Source of the DNA: Chiloscyllium plagiosum
Taxonomy: Eukaryota
DNA: 64,000 nt
Assembly: GCF_004010195.1 (NCBI RefSeq)
Contig: NC_057720.1
Coordinates: forward strand, 28,337,772-28,401,771
Direction: 5' to 3'
Part shown: positions 1-11,789 of the stretch, piece by piece
Layout: every line of letters begins with the position of its first letter
Position numbering within the stretch: position 1 is the first letter of the stretch
Position numbers and translations under genes: made by a program
Notes under the pieces: generated by a model
What the model was told of the DNA's origin: nothing
Seen by the model: the letters and a program-made list of their open reading frames with translations, nothing else
Databases searched by the model: none

Positions 1-1639
1 TTAGATACCATTCTATCAACAGTTCCATTGATGAAGAAATGTAAGGATCAGACCATTGTATAGATCACGCAAGGATAGAAATATTTTTAAAGTTTTGGCC
101 AATTAATAAAATTTGCTGATATCTTCATGGGATTACGGTCTATACCGCCATCAGATTTATAGACACTTTAGTGTAGATTCTTGGAAAGCAGTGATCTTGG
201 CAAATGATTTATTTTCATGTTTGAGTCCTTGCACATTTACATTTTAGCTGTTAATGTTTTTTTGTGGGATAGGTTTTTTGGGAGTGTCCATAGTTTACCA
301 TGGAGTAGTGAATGCATTAGCATTTTCCCTTTGATATTTGATCACACGGGACATGAAGAACTCACACTATTACAGTAAGGTAACCGTCTGAAGTTAGCAT
401 TGAGGCACAATAACAGGCCACAGTAAAGTTCTGTTTTATTCCTGGGTTGCTACATTGTCCTGGGTGTCCAAAATGTAGTAAAGTCTATTATTGCACACTG
501 ATATTTGTTAATGACCAGAGTAAGTCCATAAAGCTCCACATCAATTCTAACTACAGGAGTGACTTAGTAGGTCTTTTTGAATAACCTTAAATTGTCTTAT
601 TGAATTATTTAATTGCTTGTCTTTAGCATCAGGGAAGATTTTCAGAAGTGTAATTTCTCTAAGGTTCTACCTATTGTTAAATTGTCTGTGGAAGTAACAT
701 TTCATCTTATTTATTGTGCAGTCCTGATTCTGTTCTGAATTTTTTCATACATATTATGTCATTCCAATACTATTTTGAAGCTCATTTTAGAACATTTCCT
801 ACTGGTATTATATTCGTAAGTCAGTAGATATGTATTTCTATCTTTAGTCCATATATTTGTCGACTGTTTTCCAATACTGTATTCAGTCACGTTTTCTGAT
901 GTTAACTCAATATCTAAAACGTGAATCAAGCTTGACTAACTTGAATTCCTGCCTTCTTCAAGGCTTATGAATGTAAGTTGCTTAGAACAGATATATTGAG
1001 CAACTTTCCAGAAACCAAATTGACTCATGGATAGTTCAAATGGGGAGTGGTTTGGCAGGAAGCAAATGCAAGCGATCTGAGTGAGTCATTGAAGCTAAAC
1101 AGCAGGACAGGCTGAAGAGAGTAAATGATGTCTTTTCGTGCTTTGTGTGTTTTCCATTTGTCATTTCCTAATTGTGGGGATTTCAGTATCTTGCTTGGAG
1201 TCACTACTTACAGCAAGCTCATGAAATATGATTTGTTTAAGTGACCTAGCAAAATGTATGCACTGATCTTAAAGGTTAGGGCGTGTTGACTCCCATATGC
1301 ATAACATATGTTGTAAGCTAAGTATTCCACCCCACAACAATGAAGGCTTTGAGATGTGCAAGAAAGATAAGCTTTGCAGGTAACAGAACAGGCAGTATCT
1401 GAGAAGGTTAAAGATTGCACCAGCAATGGACAGTCTGATATTTTAAAATTGAAAATTTGTTCATATTTGAGTGACTCATATTTTTCATAAGAGGAGACAT
1501 ATTGTTTTTGGTAAAGGGGAAAGTAGTAATTATGTAGTCTCTTCTCTGTTGCTTTACCTGTAAAATTTCAAAAACTAAAAGTTTAGAAATCCATTAATTG
1601 GATCACATGTACACATCTTCACTTTTCATGTGAATGCCA

Positions 1640-2300
1640 CTCCTCCTCCTTAAGTAGTCTCTCAAGGTGAAAGATGACTTGGTTCCACTCCAGTTAAATG
1701 TGTTCTGAGTTGGCTGATAAAATCCAATTTTTGTTCTGTATCTTCTGCCACATGTGAGTTGCTAAAAGAATCACGTAGATAAAGTGTTTGAAGGTTTGTA
1801 CACTTCCTCTCATGCCTCAGCTATTCCTCTAGGTGCCCCAGATAACGTATTTCACTGTGCAATATTTTCTCTAATAAATCTTATCCAATTCAGTCAGTCA
1901 TAACCAGGGATTCTCATGAGCTAATGAAGGTGTTTGATTTTTCATGAAAGTTTCAAGGGCATCCCTAAAACATCTTAGGAATCTTCTTGCACAACTGCCT
2001 TCATGGTGTAACGGTTGCTTTGGAAGGCTGGTGTCAGGCATATAAACAGAACTCGTTTTGAGTGATTAGCCCCTTGATGCTGGATATGTTGACTTGGGAG
2101 AGGATGCTGTGATTGGATCACAATTCTTGCCAATAGATTTGGAGCATCTTGTGGAGCCATTGTTGATGGTATTTCTCCGTATTTTGAGATGCCTGGTGCA
2201 GGAAATGCCATTACTATTCATGTGTCTTCAAGTACGAGGGATATTCGGGGAGAGAAAATCTAAGACTTCCATCTGTCTTTTAATATTGACCCTGTTTACA
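1640..2300 (-). mobile_element. Highly decayed non-LTR retrotransposon 3' remnant (RTE-like)
   Basis: The start 'tcctcctccttaagtagtctctcaaggtgaaagatgacttggttccac' resembles the reverse complement of an RTE-type 3' end as I recall it; no intact ORF. Confidence 0.3.
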
Positions 2301-3234
2301 TTTTAAAATTAGATGATGCAGAAAGGATAATTTAAGTATAAAGATACAAACAATATTCCTTGAGTATTGTCCTCTGTCATGTTTACTGATCCCCTGTTGA
2401 TACCTGATATACCGCAAGCATAAACACTGGCTGGTTTGTTAGAAAAAGCCTGTTGATTTCTTCAAAGAATCCAAACGTGCTGAACTAAAAATTCTATGAT
2501 CTCTTCACTAAAAAAAGTAAACATGTTTTCACTAGTAGTATTTTAAACAATTGAAACAATAAATGATAGAAATCCAAAAACCTTTGCTGTTCTTAGTCAT
2601 TGAAACCCTCTTCAGTGTTCATTCAATGAATGAATAATTTATTTGTATAAAAATATCTTTGAAGTAGACTGATTGACCAATCTGTCAATGCTTTGAAGTT
2701 GTTTTGTAATGTGCTGTTTTTCAGACATTGTGCTTACTGAGTGACAAGGAATATGCATCTATTCAATGCCATCAGGAGCAAAAGCAGATTATTTTTCTCT
2801 GAACTGTAGAGAATGTGATACTTCACTAAGAACAAGAGCCCTTAAAGCAAAGATTGCTACCATATGCAAGTGAGTGTTTAGATTAATAATAAACTTTTAA
2901 AGGTAGTGCGGTATGGTAGTGCATAGGCAAGATATCCCATGGGGTGGAGGGATGATTTGTCCCACTGGAGCAGTCAATGAAAGGAGTGGAATGGGGGTGA
3001 TGTGTGCAGTGGCAGATATTTCCTTTTTGAGAGGGAGAATCTCAATATAAGTCAAGTTACACATGCTCAACATATTTATTTACTTGTGTGTGTGTTTAGT
3101 ACAGACTTGGGAGAAAATTACTCCTGATTATCCACTTGATGACAAATAGTATTCTTATTATTTCAGTAATAAATAGTACATGGTATTGGAAACAAGAAAA
3201 ATAAAGAAGAGAGAGAAAGTAAAACAAGAAAACT

Positions 3235-3720
3235 AAACTACTGCAGTTGCTGGAAATCTAATATAAAAACAGAAAGTGCTGGGAACACCGAGGCATCAAC
3301 TGAGGAAAGCAAAACAGAGTTAACATGTGAAGTCATTGACCTTTCATCAGTACTGGAAAAAGTCTGAGATGTAACAGCCTTTAGACATGTGCAGCAGCAG
3401 ATGAAATGGGGAAGGAAGGGAAGGTGGTCATTCTGGTTTTGAGGGGAGAGCGCGAAAGTCTTTCACTAGGGTGAAAGTTTGCAGAGGTGAAAGGTGTAAG
3501 GCAAATGGAGATGATAATGGAACCAGAACCAAAAGGTGTCTCGACAAGATACAACTGAAAATGGTAAAGTCATTATCTTCTGATGCTGACCTTAAACAAA
3601 ATATTATAATGGGGGAGAGGGAAGGTGATGGTTGGAAATTATTTAGCTTCATGTTGAATCAAATTTTACATTAGGAGGCAAGCCTGCCTGTGCTTGGCAG
3701 GTAGTTTTTTTGTCCCAGAA
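3235..3720 (-). mobile_element. Decayed Penelope-like element terminus
   Basis: 'ctgcagttgctggaaatct...acagagttaacatgtgaagtcattgacctttcatcag' resembles the termini at 38405 and 59408 and contains a degraded CTGATGA hammerhead core on the minus strand. Confidence 0.5.
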
Positions 3721-4344
3721 TGCAATTGAGAACAGTGACCACTGGTGGGACTCCTCTGAAAAAGTAGAGTCAGGAGCCCAGAAAAAAAAGATATCTAGGA
3801 TGTAGCTCAGATAAAACTGACAGAACTGAGGTATGGGGGTCAGGGTGGAAGAAAATGAAAGGTGTGGGGGTGGAATCTTTTATGACAAGGTCTCTGGTGA
3901 ACACAAGTATGCTGGAAGGAAAAATATCCCTTTAGCCTGACACCGGGCCATCAGCTCTGATTGGAAGTTGGATACTTGGTGTATCCGTCCTGAGCCATGT
4001 GAAAATTCACAATGACGGCAGGAGGAGATCTTTACTTGGCTGTTATGACCTTCAATTGGTCTAGAGAGAGTGAGCCACCCGATATGTCTTGGTTGCAATA
4101 TGAATGGGACAAAGAGAGTCCAGAGCAACGAGCACAGCACAAAAGAAGTTGGAGTGAATAGGAGATGGCTTTTCCAGTATGGGAGAATTTTTCAATGGCA
4201 GGAGGTGGTGACGAGACTGGTTCATGACAAGTCAAAGGGAAATGAGGCATGGCTGCCCAAGGGAGGGAATGAAGAGGAGAGTGCAAAGAATGGAGGGACT
4301 GAGGGCATGGGTGTGGTAGGGATGTCTGTCTATGCCTTTAACTA

Positions 4345-5060
4345 GAGAGTCCCCTATCACAAGCAATCACTTGGAACCTTGCATATCCCCCAGTACAGTA
4401 GAGCCAGTCTCGGTACCAGAAACCTGGCTGTCAGTGCAAGATTCCCCTGAGAGGCCTTCTCCCCCTACAGTATTCAAAACAGCATACTTGTTTGACTTGG
4501 GGACAGCCACAGGAGACTCCTACATTACATGGACTTCACCAGTTTCCTCATTTCCCCTCCCTCCAACCTTCCAGCTCAGCACTGTCCTCATGACCTGTCC
4601 TACCTGACAATCTCGCTTCCCACCTATCCGCTCCACCCTCCCCTCTGACCTATCACCTCCAATTCCACCCCCATTCACCAATTGTACTCTTCGCTACCTT
4701 CTCCCCAGACCTCCCCTCCCCATTTATCTCCACTCCGGAGGCTTCCTGCTCCTCGGATGCTGCCTGACCTTCTGTGCTTTTCCAGCACCACTCTGATCTA
4801 AACTCCTACATTACTTGCCCTCCTTCTCCTACCTTTCCTAGAGGTAACCCATCTACCTGACTATATCTACAGTTTTTCTACCTTCCTACAACTGCCATCC
4901 ATCACACCCCCAGCTCCTATAAATTACTCATTGCTTGTAACCAATCCATTCAATCTGATAGGATTTGCACCTAAACACTCTCTGCAGACATAATCTCCAG
5001 GAACTTTGAATTTCTCCCTAATATCCCACATCCAGTAAAGAAAGCACATCACTCTACTAA
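4345..5060 (-). mobile_element. CR1-type LINE 5'/ORF1 region remnant, interrupted by a PLE insert
   Basis: Resembles the shark CR1 ORF1 region from memory; split by the TSD-flanked insertion at 4529-4801. Confidence 0.4.
4529..4801 (+). mobile_element. PLE-derived insert (family A), hammerhead core deleted
   Basis: 13-bp TSD actcctacattac at 4516-4528 and 4802-4814; C-rich body followed by 'ctcctcggatgctgcctgaccttctgtgcttttccagcaccac', shared with the 42232 and 52868 copies. Confidence 0.8.
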
Positions 5061-5653
5061 AAGCCATCTCTGCAACACAAACAATCTACAGACCCAGAAT
5101 ATTCCAACAAAACCAAACACATTTTCTCAAAAACTCAGCATTATCACAGTCTTACTGCCAGAAACTGCTCTCAGATAACTTAATACCTGTCTTTTATATT
5201 AAAAATTTAATCAAGAGACAGACCTCAGTAAAGCATATTAAAAAATACCTCACCCTACTCACTATTGTAGATTCATAAAAACAAAATAGCATATGATCTA
5301 TAAGTTGTAAAAGTCTTAAAATCAAACACTTAGCTGATCAGGCTCTGAAATCATCACTGATCATTCCCAGTTGCACTGTGTGTAATTCTGTGCCTTTAAG
5401 ATGATGGGAGGTTAGACTTTGGGAGGTTATAAAGTGAGTTACTTGCCACGTCCACACAGACACTGGTGTACTGAGTAAAATGGCAGGTGAGTGCCTATTG
5501 GCATGGATGATGTAGGACATAGTTTGGGTCGTTCCTCGGGAATGTAGTAAATTAATATATTTTGTTTCTTAAATTAAGTTGGTCCACGCCCTCGTCACTC
5601 CATTTGGCTATTTTCTTTCTAAACACAACTCATTTTTATATGTATCCTTTTAA

Positions 5654-6487
5654 ATGGTGACTTCTCGAACAACAATTGAGTCAGCCAAGTCATCGTGCTA
5701 GGCTGTGCCATTTGCCTGAGCGTGAGTCTCAGGAGAAGCCAGATACGAATGAAGCCATGCTACATAGCATTAAGGATATGATGGATGATATGCAGACCAA
5801 AATCATTACCAAGTTTGAATCTATAATTTCAGAGACGGCTAAAAAGGAGGTAACAACTGCTCTGAAGCCATTGGAGGAAACTGTTTCTTCACAGTGTGGG
5901 ACTATTTTGGACCTAGAATATTTGGCTCATGAGCATGATAACATGATCACTAGCCTCCAAGTTAATGTTAGTGTGTTATCTGCTACAGTTGAGTCTCTGA
6001 CTAATAAATGTGAAGACGTGGAGGCCCGCTCCAGGTGGAATAATATTTAACTTGTAAGTTTACCAGAGGGATTGGAAGGTTCTCACTCCACAAAATTTAT
6101 CATCCAGCTTTTACAGGACTTGTTCAGACTTGAGGCTAAACCCGTTTTGGACAGGGCTTATTGCATGCTGGTTGTCAGAGTGAACCAGTTTCAAGTGAGA
6201 AATCACATTCTACGCCATGCTGGAGATGCTTCTCCCCTTGTATAAGATGGAAAGAGAGTATTTGTTTTTCCGGATTTCACCCCGACTGTGGCTAAGCAGC
6301 GTACAGCTTTTGCCAAAGTATAGAAAGAATACACTCATCTCCTAACATTAAATTTGGTCTTCGTTATCCAGCGATATTACATATCATCTTGCCGAGTGGC
6401 CTATCTCATAGATTTGATGACCCGGATCAGACTATGGGCTCTGTGAATCAAAACCTTAAAAAGATCGTGGTCCCATGGCTGGATTGA
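5654..6487 (+). pseudogene. L1 ORF1p remnant (coiled coil + RRM/CTD)
   Basis: ORF 5676-6050 is coiled-coil-like and ends 'KCEDVEARSRWNNI', then '*LVSLPEG' (L1 ORF1 LENRSRRNNIRIxGLPE motif); downstream 'VFVFPDF'; stops and frameshifts. Confidence 0.85.
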
Positions 6488-7094
6488 TGGTTGGGCCTAA
6501 CTAGGCTGATTAGACATTAGCTTTATACTACCACGGACAAAGACTACATTTCCTACTGTGGAGATGAAGATGGACGGTATGCTGTGTTCACGGACTTGGA
6601 TTTAATATTCTTCTTATATTTGATTTAATTCACCAAGAAGTACATGTTTTCTTACTCAAGACTTTATTTTGTCGAAAGGTTGCTCTATTGGTACCAAATA
6701 ATGTAGAGTTTAATTGTTTAACTGTATATAGTACATATTTTTATTACACACAGATGTTTACTCATTTTTGCCTAGTATTTTTTGTACAGTTAACCTATAC
6801 ATTCCCTGAGGTTGCAGTGTAGTTTGCTTGAGCTACAAATGACCACAGTTCTTTTTTTACAATGGGGGAAGAGAGCACACACCCATCTAGAGGGTGCTTC
6901 TGCTGGGAGGGGGAGAGGCTAGGCAGGTGTTGGGAGGATACTGTTATGGGGGTGGTGGAGACTGTTTTGTTCTGATGTGGATAGGGAGGGGTGGTGGCAC
7001 ATATCTCTCTCTTACCAGATTTACATGTGTTTATCAATTATTGCATATTTGAGATTTTACATGTGATTATTACATATGACACAATTTAATGCTT

Positions 7095-7221
7095 AGGCGA
7101 AAGTGAGGACTGCAGATGCTGGAGATTAGAGTCGAGAGTGTGGTGCTGTAAAAGCATAGCAGGTCAGGCAGCATCCGATGAGCTGGAGAATCAATGTTTT
7201 GGGCATAAGCCCTTCATCAGG
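7095..7221 (-). mobile_element. Short PLE-terminal insert (family A) with a decayed hammerhead, nested in L1
   Basis: 'gaaagtgaggactgcagatgctggag...gggcataagcccttcatcagg'; 7-bp direct repeat aatgctt at 7088-7094 and 7222-7228. Confidence 0.8.
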
Positions 7222-8100
7222 AATGCTTCACCTTTGGTAGGCTGGCACAGTAAATTTGCCAGGCTGAATTGCAAAGGCCTGAGCAACCCAATTAGATGCA
7301 GTAAGGTTTTACATTGTTTACACCATCTTAATACCCGTATAATTTATTTACAAGAAACTCACTTGAAAAATATGGACAGTCCTAAGTTGAAATGAGATTG
7401 GATTGGACAAGTGTATTTTTCCTCCTTTTCTAACAGATCTAGAGGAGTTGCTATTCTTTTACATAAATCAATTCCTTCGTCCATGCTAAAGCTACCTCTG
7501 ACTCTACTAGCAGATTTATTATTATTATTGGACAGATTTTTGACATTGATGTAATCTTGACGAATGTTTATCCTCCCAACTAGGATGATGAGGCTTTTTC
7601 CAGACTGTTCCTTTCAATGTTACTGGATTTATCTTCACACCAGTTATTCTTGGGAGAAGATTTTAACTGTTAGTTGAATCCTCATTTTGACCATTCTTCC
7701 TCTGTTCCAAGTGCACAGTCCAAATCTGCTAAAATAATTAAGATTTATGGAGGAGTTTAATGTTGTTGATCCCTGGCAGTTTTTCAATCCCTCGAAAAAG
7801 GAATATTCTTTTTCCACATGTCCACCATACTTTTACATGTATTCTTTTTGGTGGATGAAAGACTGCTCACGTCCATTTCTGGTTGCAAATATGATTCAGT
7901 TGTCTTATCAAATCGTGCATCTGTCTTGATGAATGTTCGCTTTCAGAAGTTTCTTAATACACGCCCTGCTTGGCATCTCAATACACACTTACTCTTAGAA
8001 GAAGATTTTGTTAATTTTGTCTCTCAGTGGATAGATTTTTTTTAAAAAGTTAACAAAACCCCAGAAGTTACAGTTTCCTTGCTGTAGGAAATCCTGAAGG

Positions 8101-8711
8101 CTGTTGTGGTTCTGTTCGCCGAGCTGGAAGTTTTTGTTGCAAACGTTTCGTCCCCTGGCTAGGCGACATCATCAGTGCTTGGGAGCCTCCTGCGAAGCGC
8201 TTCTTTGATGTTTCCTCCGGTGTTTATAGTGGTCTGTCCCTGCCGCTTCCGGTTGTCAGTTTCAGCTGTCCGCTGTAGTGGTTGGTATATTGGGTCCAGG
8301 TCGATGTGTTTGTTGATGGAGTTTGTGGATGAATGCCATGCCTCTAGGAATTCCCTGGCTGTTCTCTGTCTGGCTTGCCCTATGATAGTAGTGTTGTCCC
8401 AGTCAAATTCAGAGCGTGGCTGTTGGTTTGTGTGCTGTTATGAGTCCTAGGGGTCGCAGTAGTCTGGCTGTCAGTTCCGAGATGCTCCTGATGTATGGTA
8501 GTGTGGCTTGTCCTTTTGGTTGTGGTATGTCCTCGTTCTGTGGTCTTTCTCTTAGGCATCTGTTGATGAAGTTGCGTGGGTATCCGTTTTTGGCGAATAC
8601 CTTGTATAGGTATTCCTCTTTTTGCAGTTCTGGTGTACTGCAGTGTGTTGTGGCCCTTTTGAATAGTCCTGATGCAGCTTCATTTGTGTGTGTTGGGGTG
8701 GTTACTTTCAT
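8101..8711 (-). mobile_element. Penelope-like element fragment (RT thumb, C-terminal GIY-YIG region and terminus), nested in L1 ORF2
   Basis: Minus-strand translation 'LFKRATTHCSTPELQKEEYLYKVFAKNGYPRNFI...ATLPYIRSISELTARLLRPLGLITAHKPTATL' joined by an internal deletion to 'EFDWDNTTIIGQARQRTAREFLEAWHSSTNSINKHIDLDPIYQ'. Confidence 0.9.
8139..8178 (-). ncRNA. Minimal type I hammerhead ribozyme motif
   Basis: Minus strand reads GCA CUGAUGA U GUCGCCU-AGCC-AGGGGAC GAAACGUU UGC: intact core, stem I GCA/UGC, stem II, palindromic ACGU stem III. Confidence 0.8.
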
Positions 8712-11700
8712 AGTTTAGGACTGAGTATTATGTTGTAATTTCACACTACACCACCGATCTTTTACTTCACTCTAGATTTAAACTTTAAGAACTAGTAAAT
8801 TGTTGACACATCAGTTGTGCCAAGTGTCCTCATCTCCATTAGTCTCACAAATCAAGGCTAATTCAGGTGTCATGTCAGACCCATTAGAAATCAACAAGAC
8901 TTGTAAGGAATTTTACATTTCACTTTATTCATCTGAATGTTTGTCTGCTACAGCAGAATTTGATGCCTTTTTTGATAAGATTAACATTCCTACTATTGAT
9001 CAAAATATAGCAAAGGAATTGGAACAACCAATCACAGCAACAGAACTTGAGGCTGTGGCTGGATCACTACTAAGTGGTAGAAGTCCTGGACCTGATGGTT
9101 TTCCAGCTGAGTTTTATAAAACATTTTGGAAAAAGCTGACTCCGCTTTTGGTTGATGTGTTTGTTGAAGGGTTTAATTCTGTCTGTCTCCCTCGAACTTT
9201 AACTCAGGCATCAATTTCTTTGCTTTTAAAGAAAGGCAAAGATCCCTTACTGTGCGGTTCATATTATCCCATAAGTCTGCTAACTGTTGACTTTAAATTA
9301 TTGTCAAAGCTATTGGCCCGAGGTTTGGAAGCCATCCTTCCATCCATCATATCCTTAGACAAACTGGATTTATTCACAACAGGCACTTCTTTTTTAATCA
9401 TAGGCGGGCCTTTAACGTTGTTTACAATTCTTCCCCATCCACTCTCCCAGCGCTTTTGATAGCTTTAGATGCTGAAAAAGCATTGATAGAGTTGAATGAA
9501 ATTATCTTTCTTTAACTTTGGAGAAATTTGGCTTTGGGGAAAAATTCATTTCTTGGATAAAACTACTCTATGCATCACCGCAGACCTCTGTTAGGACCAA
9601 TAACATGAATTTTGATTATTTCCACCTTTATCGTCCCACCAGCAAGGTCCACTGCTGTTTGCCATTGTAATTGAACCTTTGTCTATCGCTTTACGGACTC
9701 AACCTGATTTCTCTGGCATTATTAGAAATGGTATAGAGTTGAAGCAGATGACCTTTTTCTACTTGTCTCAAACTTGTCTCTTTCCATTCCTGCCACGCTT
9801 TCAGTTTTAGAATCTTTCAGTAAGATTTCTGGATATAAATTGAATTTTAGCAAAAGTGAGATATTTGCTATTAATAAACCTACCAGGGAATACCCTCTTG
9901 ATAATTTACCATTTAAAATTGCCAACTCTGGTTTTGTTTATCTTGATGTACATATGGTAGTGACACTAGGCAATTTGTACAGGAAGTATTTTGAACCATT
10001 ACTGGTACAAATTGTACATGACTTCGAATGATGATTTCTCCTTAATTTGTCTGTTGCTGTTAGAATTAATTCCATTAAATGAATATTTTTCCACTATGTT
10101 CTTACTTATTTCAATGCATATCAATTTTTCTTCCTTTTTCCTTTTTTCCATCAAGTAGATAATCTCATTCTTGAATTTATTTGGGATAAAAAAACTCCTA
10201 GGTTATGAAAAGGTTGTTACAGAGGCTTAAAATATTAGGTGGAATGGGCTACCGAATATTTTGTTTTATTATTGGGCAGCAAGTATTAGAAATTTGAACT
10301 GTTGGCTCCAATATGAGAACCTTGATGCTCTCCCAATTTGGTTGACTTTTGAGGCAAATTCCACTCATCTGGTAACATTGAAAGTTTTATTGCATTCACC
10401 TCTTCTTTCTTCAACCTCTGTTTACACAGACAATGCAATTGTTTTATCCTGTTTTAAAATTTGGTTTCAATTTAGATGCCACTTTGGCTTTCAGTAATTT
10501 TCTACTAAAGTGCCTTGGGTGGCAAATCATATTTTTCCCCCAAATTTAGTGGACAGTGCCTTTTCTGGTTGGGCTAAGTTAGGGATAAAAACTGTGAAAG
10601 ATTTATATGTTGATGGCGTTTTTGCATCTTTTCAACAATCAGTTGATAAGTTTTCACTTCCTAAAAGCCACTTTTTTAGATGCCTCCAAGTTTGCAGTTT
10701 TGTCCATAGATCATTTCAGGTTTTCCCTACCCTTCCTAATGATTCTGATTTTGACATTTTTCTATGACTGCTTCCTTATTTAAAGGGGGCTTTTTCAGAT
10801 ATTTATTCAAATGTTCATGAAGTATGCTCAATTGCTCTTGATTCTATTAAAGCTATCTGGGAGGCAGATCTAGAAGAGGTAATTCCGGGTGATGTGTGGG
10901 ATGAGATTTTACAAAGGATGCACAGATCTCCTATCTATACAAAACATTGTTTATTCAATGGATAATTGTGCACCGTGCCCACTACACCAAAGCTCGACTT
11001 GCAAAAATACTTGAGGTGTCTTCGTCCTGTGATCAGTGCCATTTTTTAAGTAGATTCTGGACTGATATTTTTGAAACTTTATCTCAGGTGTCTGCCGAAA
11101 AGTTTACTTCTAATGCTATTACTGCTTTGTTTGGGGTGTCACCCTTTTTACTTAATCTTTCTCCTCTAAAAAAGATGTGATAGCATTCACTACCTTCTTG
11201 GACAGAGTATTGATATTGTTAAAATGGAAACCCTGAATTCCGCCTACTCATACACACTGAGTTAGAGATGTGCTATACTTTCTTAAATTAGAAAAGATTG
11301 GATTATCCTTATCTGGCTCCTGTAACAAATTTACACAAATCTGGAACCCTTTTCTTTCATATGTTAAGAGTATTGTCTTTTTAACTGTTCCAGACTGAGG
11401 TATCATCTTGATTTTTTTTTTTTCTTTTGCTAATGCAGTTATCTTACTGCTGATCTAATGTATTATGGATTTGTGCTTAGTATATGTTTACATTTATTAG
11501 GTTGTCATTTTTCTTTGTATTTTGGGGGAGGCATGTGCCATGGGGAGGGTGGTCAGGGTTTTACGGTTGTTTTTTTGCTTGTGATTGCACCTTGTTCTGC
11601 TGTCATGTTTTGGAGAAAAGTCAATAAAAATTGTTTAAAATGGCAGAGCAAGCTTGAGGAAGTGAATTGTCTACTCTACTCTTGTTCTTAGTTCTTCTGT

Positions 11701-11789
11701 TCAAATATAATTGTGATAGGTTTGTGCAGTCTAAGTACTATTGACAAATATTAAAACTTTCAGGGAAAAATAAATTTTAAAAAAGTGAG

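Larger units (their letters stand above)
7255..11398 (+). pseudogene. L1 ORF2p remnant (APE endonuclease + reverse transcriptase + Cys-rich C-terminus)
   Basis: 'LNCKGLSNPI...IIYLQETHL' (APE); 'SPGPDGFPAEFYK', 'YPISLLTVDFKLLSKLLARGL' and 'FSKISGYKLNFSKSE' (RT); 'YYWAA' and 'IVHRAHYT'; many stops and frameshifts. Confidence 0.92.
5487..11640 (+). mobile_element. Full-length, decayed L1-clade LINE
   Basis: ORF1 and ORF2 remnants in the expected order; AATAAA and an A-rich end at 11623-11640; 11-bp TSD taaaatggcag at 5476-5486 and 11636-11646 matching the T/AAAA endonuclease site. Confidence 0.92.

Noticed and set aside
8175..8718. Plus-strand Cys/Val-rich ORFs
   Set aside because: Antisense of the Penelope fragment
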